Positions 36,472 through 49,606 of a DNA stretch of 64,000 bases are shown piece after piece. Source of the stretch: Laetmonice hystrix (Eukaryota); NCBI GenBank assembly GCA_965235115.1, contig OZ249436.1:22694001-22758000 (forward strand). Reading direction: 5' to 3'. The notes below the pieces were generated by a model. The model was not told where the DNA came from. It searched no databases and saw only the letters and a list, made by a program, of their open reading frames with translations. Both the position numbers and the translations under genes were made by a program. Position 1 is the stretch's first letter, and the number at the start of each line of letters is the position of its first letter.

Positions 36472-38035
36472 TTATCACAGTTCCAGTAGCAAGGCCGCTT
36501 TCTGACTGGTCCATAGATCTATGCATGTAACATGAACTCGTACCCGTGACACCATTCTTTCACACTCGGGGTTGAACCGCTTCCCGCTATTCCCCCGTCA
36601 TGACAGTCAGGCTCTTTTCACCGGAGAAAATATCGCAGCACCATCTGCTTATATGACCTAATAATTCGCCGCGCGGTACCGCAAGAACCGATCAGATTAT
36701 AGCACTGCCTGAGGTCGCGATTCATAAAATGCTTGTGGTCGAAGCAAGTTGGCGATGCCAACGATGGCAGCAAGGGGTAGGCATTAAATCCTGTTCAAGA
36801 ACACACTATAGGCCTAACTATCACCCTATCCCGACCCTTAAAGACAGTCATTATAATGTACCAAATTGCGGAATTCAGACATATATTTACCTTGCATTTG
36901 TCCCAGGGTGGTTAATAAGTACTTAGGCCCCTACATGTCCTTGTATTGCTCCGCAAAACCCCCATTTTGGGGGATGAAGCGGCACGTGCTGCGAGTGCCA
37001 GTTTGAGGAAATAACTGGCGCCACCTGGTGAGTATGGGGTAAGGGGAGTGAGCCCCTCCGCATTATGGAAGATCGAGTCCAAAACAAACCTGACGCGCAT
37101 GCCCGTGGTGTTCTGAATCAGTCAAGGTAGCACCTCAGTAAACACACGCCACGTGCCTTCAGTGGGCAGGCCCTTTGAGACAAGGAGCGGTGAAAAGTTT
37201 TTTGATCCGGAAATCGCTGCTTATACGGCTCTACGGTAGTGCCAATAGAATTTAACGTGTCTAAACTATCTAAAAACAATCAATACTCTGTGGAAATGCC
37301 ACGTTTGTTGCTTTGTAACCCACGGGCACGGCAGAGACCGAGACCGACAGCCAGCACCGGCGAACACTGGGCCGAGCAGGCTGGTGTCCCTCCCACTGTC
37401 CTCCCAACCGAAGCAAAGCGACAAAGTTGAAATCAGGGGAGCTAAAATTTGAAATTTCGCGTGTACCTAATGGGCAGGAACGAACATAACACATATCAAG
37501 TCAGAGTGCTACATGTGTACAAACTGTTTTGTCAGGGCGGGACACATTTGTGTATCTGCGAACTGGGCAAGGCAAAAACTTACACTCTCAGCTATTACGC
37601 AAGAAATAGGCCTATGGGGAAAGACAGTTTAGTGTTGGTGGTAAGTCTATGACGACGATGCCAGGTCCCATTAATATTCATAAGTTGCCCTCAAGGTCAA
37701 CCTCCGGCAGTTTAGCCTGGGCTGAGCTCAAGGGGTAGAATGCAGGATGCGCGATGCCCCTTGGCAACTCAAGCTGCCGTGACACGAGATGGCACCGGCA
37801 ATACGAATTTATATCTCCGGCTCAGACTGACACGATGCTGCGCTATTCATACTTACCATGGAAATAACGGTTTCATCAAAGCTGTCTTAATGACCTTCCA
37901 AAGACAATGACCGTAATGACCTTTTCTTCTTGAAAGTTAGCTACTGGAACTGTGATAAAAATCCTTGCCAATGCTTTCTTCATACCTAGCACGGATTTAT
38001 ACATAGCTTTGGTCAGTCATACCACAGTTCATGTG
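36472..38035 (+). mobile_element. Family H2 copy 2 (1.5-kb body, decayed terminal hairpin)
   Basis: ttatcacagttccagtagc ... gctactggaactgtgataa, followed by sequence resembling the reverse complement of 12800-12904. Confidence 0.65.
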
Positions 38036-39386
38036 GTTCCTCTGGTTGTTAATACCCGCTCTAATTACAGGTACAGAACGGAGGTCTGCACAACATACCG
38101 ACCCCTAGCGTCAAGGTTCAGAGCAACAAGTGCAATAGGACATCGGTTTTTTTGGTCTTCACCAGTCCTTTTTTAAATGCGACAGTGATGCTCGGTGTAT
38201 TTCATCTTTCCCATCAAAACTGAAATAATTATTTTTACCTTGAACATATTAAGACTTCATAACAATCATACAATGACTGCAATGGCTACAATATCAAATA
38301 TTTGATATTACATGTACATGTTGTATTATAAATATTTACATCTTGACCCTGTCTGACTCATGTCATTACAGGAACTGTGCTTACTTTTTATTTCTGAGAT
38401 AGGGTTTATCTGGGAACATGTTAGATACATGATACACAAATGAAACTCAAGGTCTCATAAAATGCATCATTAATCGTAATATTGTAGTTATCTTCAAAAG
38501 TTCTAGCGACTTGAGCCGTCAAAAAGGTGAATAGCCTTGATTGACCTTCCAAGCTCCTTCAATCTGAAGGAAAATAATGCCAAATAAACCATCATAATAT
38601 CTACCCATGATCTATAGTAACTATGTCGTTATCTTCAACTGTTTTGGAGATACGAGCCATCAAAATATGCATGACCTTGACTGACCTTAGGTCACTAAAG
38701 GTCATGAAAAATGGCACCAAAGGAATGTTCATATAATATATGTATGTGTGAAAATATAAACTTCTGCATCATCTAGCACCATTCTCAAGATATGAGTTAA
38801 AAGAGTGTAATTATGGTGTAAAAAAAAAAAATTTTGAAAGAGATTCAGATACTTCGTTTAGGTTATTGACACATGTCGATAATATCCTCAGGTTGTTGTC
38901 GAATGTTTAATAGTTTGAACAGGTTGACACTTCCGTGAAATCGCTCTCCACCGACGCACAAAGGAATGAACGTATGTACAGGTCAGGTTTAACACTATTG
39001 GAGCAGGTGACTACTCTCCCGTCCTAAGTCATAATATTTACCCTTGTATACTGACTGTAATATATACAGAAATATTAGGAAACACACCTCATCAATGCAC
39101 ACCTCAGTGGCAGGCTGCTGTCAAAATGTTTGACTGGGGGGACTGTCGTTCCATTACCACTTTGGTAGACAAGCTTTGCAAGAAATGTGAAGAATCAATT
39201 TTAATTACTAATATAAAATTAAAAGTTATCATATCTGAATCAACTATTTCAACACTGCATTGCGTGTTATGAAAATAGAACTATCTTCTCCATAATACTT
39301 TTCATTCTAAATAATGAGCGCTCTGACTACAAAAGTGAGCTTATTGTTTGTGTTTGCAGGTAGGTGGCAGTACCGTCGTGGTGAGT

Positions 39387-39529
39387 TCAATCTGAGTCGT
39401 CCTCATCACCGTAGTCATCGGTTACAAGCCGCGGTCTCATTACCAGTTCCAGTAGCGCCGCCGTGGCTGGCTCCTTGGCTAGCTCACGCGCCATTTTCCC
39501 TTCTTTGTTCTTGATGTCGGTATATGCTC
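39387..39529 (-). CDS. OSTF1: OSTF1 exon 7 (C-terminus; joined CDS 648 nt, 215 aa)
   Basis: tctgcag|(G)AYTDIKNKEGKMARELAKEPATAALLELVMRPRLVTDDYGDEDDSD-TGA; acidic tail typical of OSTF1. Confidence 0.95.
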
Positions 39530-39901
39530 CTGCAGACCCATAACATACAGGTGAAACCAGAGTTTCATGAAGTTGATTTTCCAATGAGACTGTGGCAAAC
39601 ATTGTAAACAACAATATAACATGTTTTATAGTTATGGTACCATAAAATAGGGGATTTATCTGGGGAAAAAATTGAATATTTGGTAGACCATACAATCTGG
39701 AACCACTAAAATTCAAACAAACAGGTGAAAAGAATAGCCTGATTCTATCTGTGGTGGCAGTTACAATACACTGGGTGTTCCCTTGGTGTATCTCTCTTAT
39801 ACATGTGATGAATACCTGGCAAATTCCAATATTCTCTTATTAACATCTTTCCAAAGCAAAGTGGCACAGCCCAAAGGTAAGAATTTACCGCAATCTTGTA
39901 C

Positions 39902-39980
39902 CTTTGTCAAGTAGGAGGCGCACTGCTTCTACATGTCCCTTCCACGCTGCTGAGTGAAGGGGAGTGTCACCCAGTTTGTT
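39902..39980 (-). CDS. OSTF1: OSTF1 exon 6 (ankyrin 3)
   Basis: catttag|[33 protein letters not shown]. Confidence 0.95.
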
Positions 39981-40421
39981 CTAAATGTATATCAAAGATC
40001 ATTGAGAATACAAGTGAATACAAGTACAATACAACCGGTAAGTATATTTTTCTAACAAAACAGGTTAACCCGCCTCACAGGAAATTGCCTGAACTGCTTA
40101 CATAATACCGGGTACTTCCCTTGATTTTCAACATAAATACTGGCTTCTGGCTCTTTTGCTCGGTAACAGTTTAGAACTAAGTAAAATATATCTCATTATT
40201 TAATCGCTAACGGATGTCGTTAACAGATGTAAAGGGAAATAGTGACAAATGAAAATTCATATCACTTCCTAAGCTTTGTTTATAGAAAGTATATGGATAT
40301 CTTGAAAACTTATATACACTAAATAGCTGGCTCAATAGCTGCCAGCAGGGGTCATCTACACTTTAAATGCATAGGATATGTGTGGTACTCTCTCAGGTAA
40401 AAAGAGATATCCTTGACTTAC

Positions 40422-40541
40422 CTGTACATTAAACTCACAATTGGGAATGACGAGTAAAGCCTTCATGACCTCAATATGACCTCCATGTGCTGCCCAGTGA
40501 ATTGGAGTTGAGCCTGCTTTGTCAAGACTATTAACAGAAAC
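40422..40541 (-). CDS. OSTF1: OSTF1 exon 5 (ankyrin 2)
   Basis: ttttgcag|VSVNSLDKAGSTPIHWAAHGGHIEVMKALLVIPNCEFNVQ|GTAAGT; phases 0/0. Confidence 0.96.
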
Positions 40542-40644
40542 CTGCAAAACAAACCTTAAAGGTGTAGTTCTCATCCATTCACAAAAACAAGAGAGGACAA
40601 GCTAAGAATGACCTCCTTTGGAAATTAAAAAATTTCAGACCTAC

Positions 40645-40736
40645 CCTATTATTGAGACATTCTCTCAGAAAGCTCATGTTGCCTCGTTTGGCAGCCTCAT
40701 GTAGTGGGTTGTCAATAGACTCGGTACTCTCTTCCA
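40645..40736 (-). CDS. OSTF1: OSTF1 exon 4 (ankyrin 1)
   Basis: (V)[36 protein letters not shown], close to the OSTF1 motif [15 protein letters not shown]. Confidence 0.96.
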
Positions 40737-41298
40737 CTGAGAAACAAACACACAAAGATCTCTTATCATAGACCTCAGTTATAGCAAGCGCAGCAAGCCG
40801 CAAAGCGAGCTCTATACCCAAGGAACCGCATATGGTGCATCAATCGAATATGGAAATCCGTGGAGGTTATGCTGGTATTTTGGAGCCGGCAAAATCGGAG
40901 CAATCTGATTGGCTTAAATCGCACTGCATCGAAATTCAAATTTCCCAAAGGCATGGAAATCTACAAACCGCTTCCTTATCTGCCACTTCTATAAACAGAT
41001 TCCAAACATTTAAAGTCACAGTGACTTTTCCATTTGATTCTACCTACTATTCACGTGAAATCGCCTGTCACAAACGTAACTGCCAATCACTCCCATTTAC
41101 GGCCGCTTGACCGAAGTGAAAATGGTGAAAAACGTAGCCTGCTAGACTGTAGATTTAGAACCCGATCTGTTGATTTCCATTGTGACGTCACAATATCTAC
41201 ACATGCTTATTCCAAAGTCTACTGTGACGTGACAATGTTACCATCGTCATCAGACGACAATAGGCGTTGCTAAGTGACCTGTCACTCCCACCCGTATC

Positions 41299-41698
41299 AT
41301 AGGGCGCCTAAGTCTCGTGACCTGGATATGCAAATGACGTTAAATAGCCTCAAACCAGCTCGCGATAGCACCAAACGTGCGCCATGCGATTGTGACGTCA
41401 AAAATTTCCCCATAGGATTAGCATTGGCAGGGCCGACAGGTTTACAAAAACCAGCCTGTATATTTACAATCTAACTTTCTAAACTATAAAACAAACTTTA
41501 TCCAAGAGTAAACATGCCAGCTATCATGTATTGTAACGGTGAAATATTAACAGCGACTTCACTGCAGAATGAAAATATTTTAAAGTTGACTGTCACTGTT
41601 CCTATGGCCATCGCAATGTTAAACCAGCGAGGCTATCTGCTCCTTGTCCCGACAACGCGAAATCTCTTGAATTCTCGTGACATACTTAGGCGCCCTAT
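41299..41698. mobile_element. MITE in OSTF1 intron 3
   Basis: TIR atagggcgcctaagt ... acttaggcgccctat. Confidence 0.65.
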
Positions 41699-42637
41699 TA
41701 TCAATGACTATGGAAAGCTGAAACAAAACTGCAGTAGCTAGGCTAACATAGATAAAACTGCACTCGCCCCTGGGTAGCACCTAAGTCATATTAAAAGATT
41801 ATTCTGTCTCTATATAATACCTAAGTTAAACATGCATGTCTGTGGTGTATCATATCATAGAATTGGAATATGGAATATAGAATAGAATCATATCAAGTCC
41901 TTTTTTGGTTTTTAAAGCGATGCCGTTTATTTAGAAGCCATAAAATCGACCCCTTCCGATATGACTAAGCCAGTACCTGCACTTTCATAATAAATTTGAT
42001 TGCAATCAATCGCCTTTAATGCAAGAACCCACAGAATGCCATCTCCTAACTCCCTCTCTGCATCACCTAGCCATCTTGGCAAGGACAGCCAACAGGAAAT
42101 CCCGCTCAAATAATTGTACCGTTTTGTCTTGATACCTACTTTGACGTTTTTAGTACGTAAAAAAATTCTTACATGATGTTCTGCTTGATATGGAGAGTTG
42201 GTCAGACCTTAGTACATCTTCAGGGAAATTTCATCAAGATAGGTAAACTGAGGGCTGGATGATGCCCTGAGGCATTCCCGGGCAGAGGCCGGATGATGCC
42301 TTGAGGCATCATTTGACTTACGTCAGAGCCCATTGTGTATAGAGCGACAGGGCAGCGCTGTGAAGTAACGTCATAATTGAGTGCTAGCTGCGCTGGACCT
42401 AGACCAACTCTAGACTCAATTCCCTACTTTTGTCTAAAACATGGATCATTTTTCTGGGGATGACAGTGATTGGAAGCATGGAAGGCAATCCGTTATCACA
42501 TGTGGCCGCCCAGAATGGCCCGTCCTTACGGCACATTCACGCAATTGTTACGTCGTCATTAGTGCACGTCTCGGCCACAAGGGGCCCGTCTCGAAAGGGT
42601 TAAAAATACTGATCACTAATTATGATCCTGTGCCTAC

Positions 42638-42752
42638 CATAATTACTTGGAACTAGTCCCTCCTTGCCATTACATTTTGCTCTCCACCAGTTAGCATTTT
42701 CCTGGTTAAGGATGTACAAGGTGTCACCCTCATCAAACGTCAACTCGTCCTC
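42638..42752 (-). CDS. OSTF1: OSTF1 exon 3 (SH3 core)
   Basis: ctttacag|EDELTFDEGDTLYILNQENANWWRAKCNGKEGLVPSNY G|GTAGGC; SH3 motifs ELxF, WW, GLVPSNY. Confidence 0.95.
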
Positions 42753-43540
42753 CTGTAAAGAGAATTCAACTTATAATTAAAGCAAAGCAATTATACATAA
42801 ATATTAATGTTACTTTAAGGTCATGTGCTACACTAAGTCAAACCCATGACATATCAATATTATGTATTTTGATAGAAAGAACAAGTGTTTCTGATTTTAA
42901 AAAGGAAATAATATCCATATGACACCATGCTGACTTTTGTGTGGGCTGTCTATAGAAAATGCATGTTACTGTTAATTTTAGTGCACCTAACACTATAATC
43001 TGAGGGCCACCAGGGTAAACCCAAGGCTTTGCAAAGGTTATATTTCCCATATATTATATTACCTAGGCTTATAACAAAAAAGTAACCACAGTGACATAGA
43101 GATATCTTAACATTTTTTAAATCAAAAATACTTGTTCTTTGTATCGAAATGCATGGATATTAATATGTATGGGTTTGGGTTGGACACATTGGTTACCATG
43201 GCGAGATATGGTGGGAGATTTGATAGGTGCCACACATGACCTTAAGTCAAATTAAAGAGTCACTTGACTTGTCTTTATTTGCCCTATTGATACTTGAAAC
43301 CTAGTTTGATGAACTATTTAAAATTAACTCTTAGTGTTTTTCCAACCCTGCACAATTTGTGTACTTATTTGATACAGAAATGTCTTTTCTTCTTCACTCT
43401 CCACCTTTGACGAGCAGGCAAACAGTGAAAGGATGTCAGGGAGGTCTCTCTAGGTTAACCAGCAAAAGTGAGCAAATGGCGCAAAAAACACACCTGTAAT
43501 GAACACTGAGAATGGGTTACTGTTGAAACAGGTTACTTAC

Positions 43541-43587
43541 ATACTGTGCTTCATATCTGTACAAGGCTCTCATCACTTTGATTTTGC
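43541..43587 (-). CDS. OSTF1: OSTF1 exon 2 (SH3 start)
   Basis: ttttacag|(G)KIKVMRALYRYEAQY|GTAAGT; ALY motif of SH3; phases 1/0. Confidence 0.93.
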
Positions 43588-43701
43588 CTGTAAAAGTGGG
43601 AATAAAGATCAATTGAATGACATTCATAGACTTCCATCCTTATATTGAGAAATGATGCAGCACTGAGCAGGCTCGAAGACACTTGTGTCGGCCAAATACA
43701 T

Positions 43702-45144
43702 TTATTATACCTTTGCACTAAATAACGAGCACTGATTGGCTGAGCTACGAGTGTAATAAAATATCTGTATTATCCCTGTCCACTGACCTAAAAATAGTTC
43801 GACCCAGTTTTGCACCAATAAACATACAGCATTTGTACCATGTGATTGGTGTTTGGCCTACTAAACGTAATCAATTTGCCAAATTCGAGTTAGAGTCGCT
43901 TACACAGTAGTATCTTCTTTCTAATTATATCAGATTTGTGAGCTTTTGTGCTCTAAAAATATATATTTAACCAATTCATCGGACGTGGATGTCGACACCT
44001 TATGCTATGCGAATGGGTGCAGTAATCTTAGGGCCTGGGTTCGATTCCTGTAGAGGACTATACAACTTTTCTCTTTAGGGACATTGTCAAAGTAATTGGG
44101 TTACCCCTGATGCCCGTGCATTTCAAAAGAAAAATACAGTAGTATCTTCTTTCTAATTATATCAGATTTGTGAGCTTTTGTGCTCTAAAAATATATATTT
44201 AACCAATTCATCGGACGTCTGACGCTGACGCTGACCATAAGTTAATTAGACGAGCGTTAAAAAATCAGTTACCACCGTTGGAAAGCTCATCGTTTTTTGT
44301 ATCTAATTCAACCCCACTCGCAAGTGGTCCAAGATTTTTGGCAGTCTGTCTTGGCCACTGGTATCGGAGAGACAGCCAGGGATGTCCAGCTAGTACTCCC
44401 GTTGAGTCGGTACCAAGCACCCGGGCTCGAGTCGCTGTCAGTGTCAGGCGACAATCAACTCGTAATTTTTCATACACTGCGCTAGGAATCGTTATCAATC
44501 TTACCACCCTCAAAGGCTCAAATATGTTCTAAAGCTATAGGAGCATGTTTTTTAATACCTCAGACTGGTAAAATTGTTAAAAAACGAGTGAAGGCTAGAT
44601 CCTGTCCGACACGTGAACATGGATGCAGGGCGCACGGGAGCGCCCGATCACGCCCCGCGAGTCCTGCTTAATACTGGCACGCTCGGTCTCTGCGACCGCT
44701 ATTATGTTTGGTCGTATAGAGGGCGCTGCGAACGTGGACACCCCCCCCTGATGACAGGTAGTGTCTACGTCACAATTCATCTGTTCCACTGTTACCTTAC
44801 GTCACAATCCTTTTGTTGAATTGTTACCATGAACGATGTCGTCTAAATGACCAGATGTCATAATTCATCGTCATAGTTATGTCTCGGCGTCACATAAAAT
44901 AGTTGCCAATACAGCGCATTTTTACTAAGTTAGAAACAATTAATCCAACTTAAATATATTACAATTAATTAATTTATGAAAAAGATATACAGGAACAAAT
45001 TCGTGTGTGATAACGGGATTCTGTACTATCAGACTCGGCGGCAAGCGCAGAGATTCACATCAGCACTCGTGCTGATATTACTCCGCGCTTGCCGCCTCGT
45101 CTGATACAGAATCCCATATCACACACTCAGTCGTTCCTGTGTAT
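43702..45144 (+). mobile_element. Family H1 copy 2 in OSTF1 intron 1
   Basis: 5' ttattatacctttgcactaaataacgagcactgattggctgagctac matches 8582; ~44820-45144 matches ~8902-9228 including the hairpin. Confidence 0.78.
43987..44135 (+). mobile_element. SINE-like insert between 83-bp perfect direct repeats
   Basis: Pol III B-box GGTTCGATTCC and A-rich tail; 43904-43986 identical to 44136-44218. Confidence 0.6.
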
Positions 45145-46399
45145 GTAATGTATAGAGTAAAACTCGCATACCCGGTAAACAGATTCAATTGGACCAGCAC
45201 ATATTGTGTATCAAGTGCGAAATCCGTGCATTGAGGTGGACCCAAATCTTAACGCACCTTGAAATTCTTTTTCAAAGTACGTTGAATTGGACCCAAATCT
45301 TACTGCACTTTGAACAAATTTTTCAAAGTGCGTAATTTTTTCAAGTGGGTTGTTACAATGCGCAGACGCTGGAGGATACATGTAAACATGAACTTGCTCG
45401 GTGGGTTGTCTATGCTTTGAACTTTGATTAGGCCTCTATTAAAGACATAATATTCAGTGAACTCTGCTACAGTTTAGGCTTAATTTAAAGAAAAAGCCAT
45501 GGGACTGTAACGGCGATGGGCATGGGCCCCTCTTACTCTCGGGCTCTTTGGTGCGGCCTGCTCCAAAAGAGCACTGTCGCATAGCTAACTGTCACTGTTT
45601 TATCTTGCATTCTGTGTCTTCTTCTGGGCTCGAATATTAATTATTTTATGCTAAGGCAAGTATCTTGCAAGTGTTGCCGTGGGTCTAATTGAAAAAAATA
45701 TCTGTTCTTAAAGCCCATTGCCCACTAGGCAAATAAATGCTTGTGAGTAAACTCATAAGCGATGCGAGTCCTTGAGAGCTGCGAGCACTCACCTAGCTAG
45801 TCTGCGGGGATGTGCTCGCAATGACAAGCTTGCGATCAGGGACTTGAAGGTGTTCGCAAAGTTTTAAACATGTTCAATATCCCTGCGAGTGCGAGTACCG
45901 CAAGTGCTCGCAAGCACTCACCACGGCAATCGTAAAGTGTGAGAGAACATTCGAAGTGCTCGCAAGCCCTGTGAGTCACGGACATGGTCGCGAGTTGCTA
46001 GAGAGTTCTTGAGAGTCCTCGAACTTTTAGTCTCGAATCTCTGAATTCATATATACCGGATACTCGCGACCAATCACATAGTCATAGTGTGAGACCGATC
46101 GATTGCATGTACTCACAGGTCGCACCTACTGCTACTGACGGGATTTTGTTGTGAGTAGTGAGACTCAGTGTACTCGTGCGAACTCGCATTTTACTCACAA
46201 CCGGCTTTAGTTGTATAACGTTAGACTCTAATTAGAAAGAAAGTGCCACCCCTTAATAGTTTTTATGCTTCAAAGTGCTGCGAACCGCACCTGCCCGGAA
46301 ACCCGTATTCGACGCGCCACCTGGTGTCAAATTTTGTAACCTCCCTCTTCATTTTTCCCCGTCACAAGACACAACAACGCCAACGCAACGGGCACCCTG

Positions 46400-47065
46400 G
46401 GGCCCGTCTTACTAAGAATTTTGTCCCCAGCTGGCGACATCCCCAATCTGGGGACATCCCGGCGACATCCCCCGATGACCGTCTTACTAACATGTCGCCG
46501 ATTGTCGCTTAGGCTATGCTGATGATAATTCGCCCAGCAGAGAAACTTAAAACATGCTGTTTTAACACCTTCTGTAGTGCGTTTTGCCTTCTTACCTTTT
46601 ACAATCTATGTACCTAAAATCATGAGCTCGACTTACGTTGTTTGATTATGATAAACTAACATTCCAAAACACGTTATTTTAGACGTCCGCCATGCCCGTT
46701 CACTGTGTCAGCTAGAATCACTGTCTATTTTGACGTCAGACAATGGTTTGTTTGGACGTCACGTAGCGCTCTCTGTCAAGACAAACGATGTGTTCGTGGT
46801 GCTGGGGAGAGCAAGCAAGATCTCTAGTTTACGGTTTGACACATTTTAGCTTTTATTTACTTAGAGATATACCTCTAATACTAATTAACGTTTTCTTATC
46901 GGGGATTTGGCGGGGACTACTCAGTAGCAGTCCCCACCAAAATCCCCGATTTGGGGATGTCGCCGGGAGGGACAATCTTAGTAAGACGCCTCAGAGTGGG
47001 GATGTCCCCAAACTGGGGACAATCCCGGGGATTATCCCCGGGATCTACGTTAGTAAGACGGGCCC
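46400..47065. mobile_element. PIF/Harbinger-type MITE (TSD CTG)
   Basis: TIR gggcccgtcttactaa ... ttagtaagacgggccc; CTG on both sides; subterminal tcccc/gggga repeats. Confidence 0.88.
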
Positions 47066-47231
47066 CTGATGGAGTATTGCTGACCCTGTCAGTGTCAGTC
47101 ACTGACTCAGTCAGTGTCACTGTCTGTCACTGTCTATAGACTTGTCAGTGTCACATCGGTGAATAAAGCCACATGACAACCATTAACGGGTAAACAGGAT
47201 GCGGCAATACGTATATTCCCAATATTCTTAC

Positions 47232-47283
47232 CTGGTTTAGAAACAGGCTTTGGAGGTGGCGGGCGAGATGGGGTCCCTGACAT
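47232..47283 (-). CDS. OSTF1: Osteoclast-stimulating factor 1, exon 1 of 7
   Basis: MSGTPSRPPPPKPVSKP, resembling the OSTF1 N-terminal PPPKPVKPG; donor G|GTAAGA. Confidence 0.9.
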
Positions 47284-47400
47284 GTTTACGAACAGCTTGA
47301 TCAAATCTGCCTGAAAGCAGGAAGTAACCCCCACCGGAAATAATGTTCCAATTCAGCAACAGATGGCGCTGTTATCGAATCCTCATCAGACTGGTTTCAG
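47284..47400. promoter_or_regulatory. Probable bidirectional housekeeping promoter (OSTF1 / LINS1)
   Basis: ETS/GABP-type sites CAGGAAGT (47318) and ACCGGAAAT (47333) plus YY1-type AGATGGCG (47361) just upstream of the OSTF1 ATG; next gene is divergent. Confidence 0.55.
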
Positions 47401-48091
47401 TGCCCTTATTTATAAGCAAGATCTTACTTACGCCTGTTTCGAAACACCTGTGAAACTTTTGTTTAGTTCGCTAAGTTTTATTTCTTCCTTTTACAATGGT
47501 AGGCCTACTAATTACCTGATGCTAGCTATTCAATTTCGTGAGGTAGGAAATGTAAGTGTAACCCCTACCGGGATAGGGGCGAACTAGGCCTATCCGAAAT
47601 AATAATGATGACTTGTGAAGCTGTCATTGTCGGACCGGAGATTCCTAAAAGAAAATGGCATTAATAGAATCCTACGTTTTAGGTACGTGTACCCTCAAAA
47701 GTTTAATTTGATCCAATTATATTTATTTTAAATGTAGAACGCCTCATGATGTACGTTCACGTTCCTTTGACAAAGCCGCTTTGAATCGTTGACTGTCGCC
47801 GTGTCGGCAGTGTCGTCCAGCATAGCCACGGGTAGGAGTGGTAGGACTAGGAGTAGGACAGGCTCTGACTAGTCTGAGGCTGCGGCTGGGCTGAATGTAC
47901 TATCTAGAGACGAGTCTAGGCGAGCCTAGCCTCGACAAAGATCCAACATTCCACCAAGATCTCTGGTACAGGGGAGGCTGCCCTACGGCTACGGCTACAC
48001 TGTCACCAAGGATTATAGAGAGTCTCTATAATCCTTGCTGTCACTACATGTCAAGCCACACCCGTCAAATTATGTAACGCTGTGTTTAGCT

Positions 48092-49606
48092 GGGTCATTC
48101 TCCTGAAAACGTATAAAGTGACGTCACTGCTATTTATATCAGAATATTTCTGGAGAAAATGAACAAGACCACTAATTTCGAACGTAATATGATTAATTAG
48201 GCCTAATGTCTTTCTTGTAAAAAAAAACACTATTTATAGTAAATTATGTGGTAATCTAATTTTTTACAGCCACTGAGGAATCAAAAAATGAGCAAAATCG
48301 CTTGTCACTAATGCAGGGGTGCGTTTCTGTAAGGAAAGATGTCTTTGTGCAAAGAGTCTTTCAAAAGAGTCTTTTCGAAACCAGTGTTAAAGAATAGGAT
48401 GTTATAGAAACACCACGTCGCCGCAAAGACTCTGGGTTCAGCGAGGGTCTCAAAGAGTCTTTTGGGCTTTATAGAAATGCACTCCTGGTCTCCAATGTTG
48501 TTTCTTCCTCCAAGCACATTAATAATTAAATGTGCTTGAAGTTACTGATATTTATATAAAAGAATGATTGATGCCTTTAATTAATTTATACAAGAAAAAT
48601 ATTGATCATAGGGTCTACACGTTATTATCTGAAAAATTACACTATGTGTACAACGGCCGTCACCGCATTTTTTGTCAGTGGTGTTACCAGACACCAGATC
48701 TCACATTTGAGATAATAACTGATCCCTGAAGTTCCATTTTTCAACACGAGAGGGCAGTACGACTTCCTGGCCACAGACACACGTGAAAAAGTTAGCGAAG
48801 TTTTACAGGTTTTTAAAAAAAATGGAATTATTTTGGTCAAGTCTCTTGAGTATTTTAATTAGGTGTCAGTAGTGTTACCTTAATATCACCCTTATTATAC
48901 CAGATATTCTTAAGAAATTACGTGTGCAGATTAAGTAAGTGTAGCCCTGTGTCAAAACACAATTAACCTTGATGACATGGTCAATGGTCAGGAGCAGTCA
49001 TTATTTAAACATAAAATGTCAGTGGTGTTACGCGTCAGTGGTGTGACACCTACTGGTAACACCACTGACATTTAGAGAACAGTCAAGGTTTCTACAGCAT
49101 GTTAAGTTCTTTTGGATGGTTCAATACTAGATGTTAAGAAACACACCGTATGACGCACGACGCATGCTGTCTGTGATGTTTAAGTCAATTTAAGTCAGTG
49201 GTGTTACTTGCCGTCAGTGGTGTTTATGTAATTTGTCAGTGGTGTGACCAGTGATGAAATCACTGCCATAAGATCACTTTTTTCAACTACAGGAAATATA
49301 GCTATATTTCCTGTCCAGGTGACCTAAGTGGAAAATATTTAACAACTCACTATTAGAAGTCAACATCTTTGCAGTCAGTATGCACCAAGATTTGTGGGGG
49401 TCAGTACACCACTGACAAAAAGGTCATGGGTTAGGAACATTTCCTCCAAAAATTTCAGGGTTGTATGAAGGTGGGAGCTCAAGTATATGTCATTTTAAAA
49501 TGTTCATATAATGTATGTTTCAGATAATAAAAACGAATTTGATTGGAATAGATTTTTTTTGTTGGTTTTTCGTTTCGGGTTTTATACGTTTTCAGGAGAA
49601 TGACCC
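48092..49606. mobile_element. Sola2-like non-autonomous DNA transposon
   Basis: 26-bp perfect TIR gggtcattctcctgaaaacgtataaa, AGCT on both sides (4-bp TSD), repeated internal gtcagtggtg motif; small nested MITE ~48316-48485. Confidence 0.78.

Noticed and set aside
37849..37861. ATACTTACC resembling the U1 snRNA 5' end
   Set aside because: Downstream sequence does not resemble U1; it is the complement of a splice-donor consensus.
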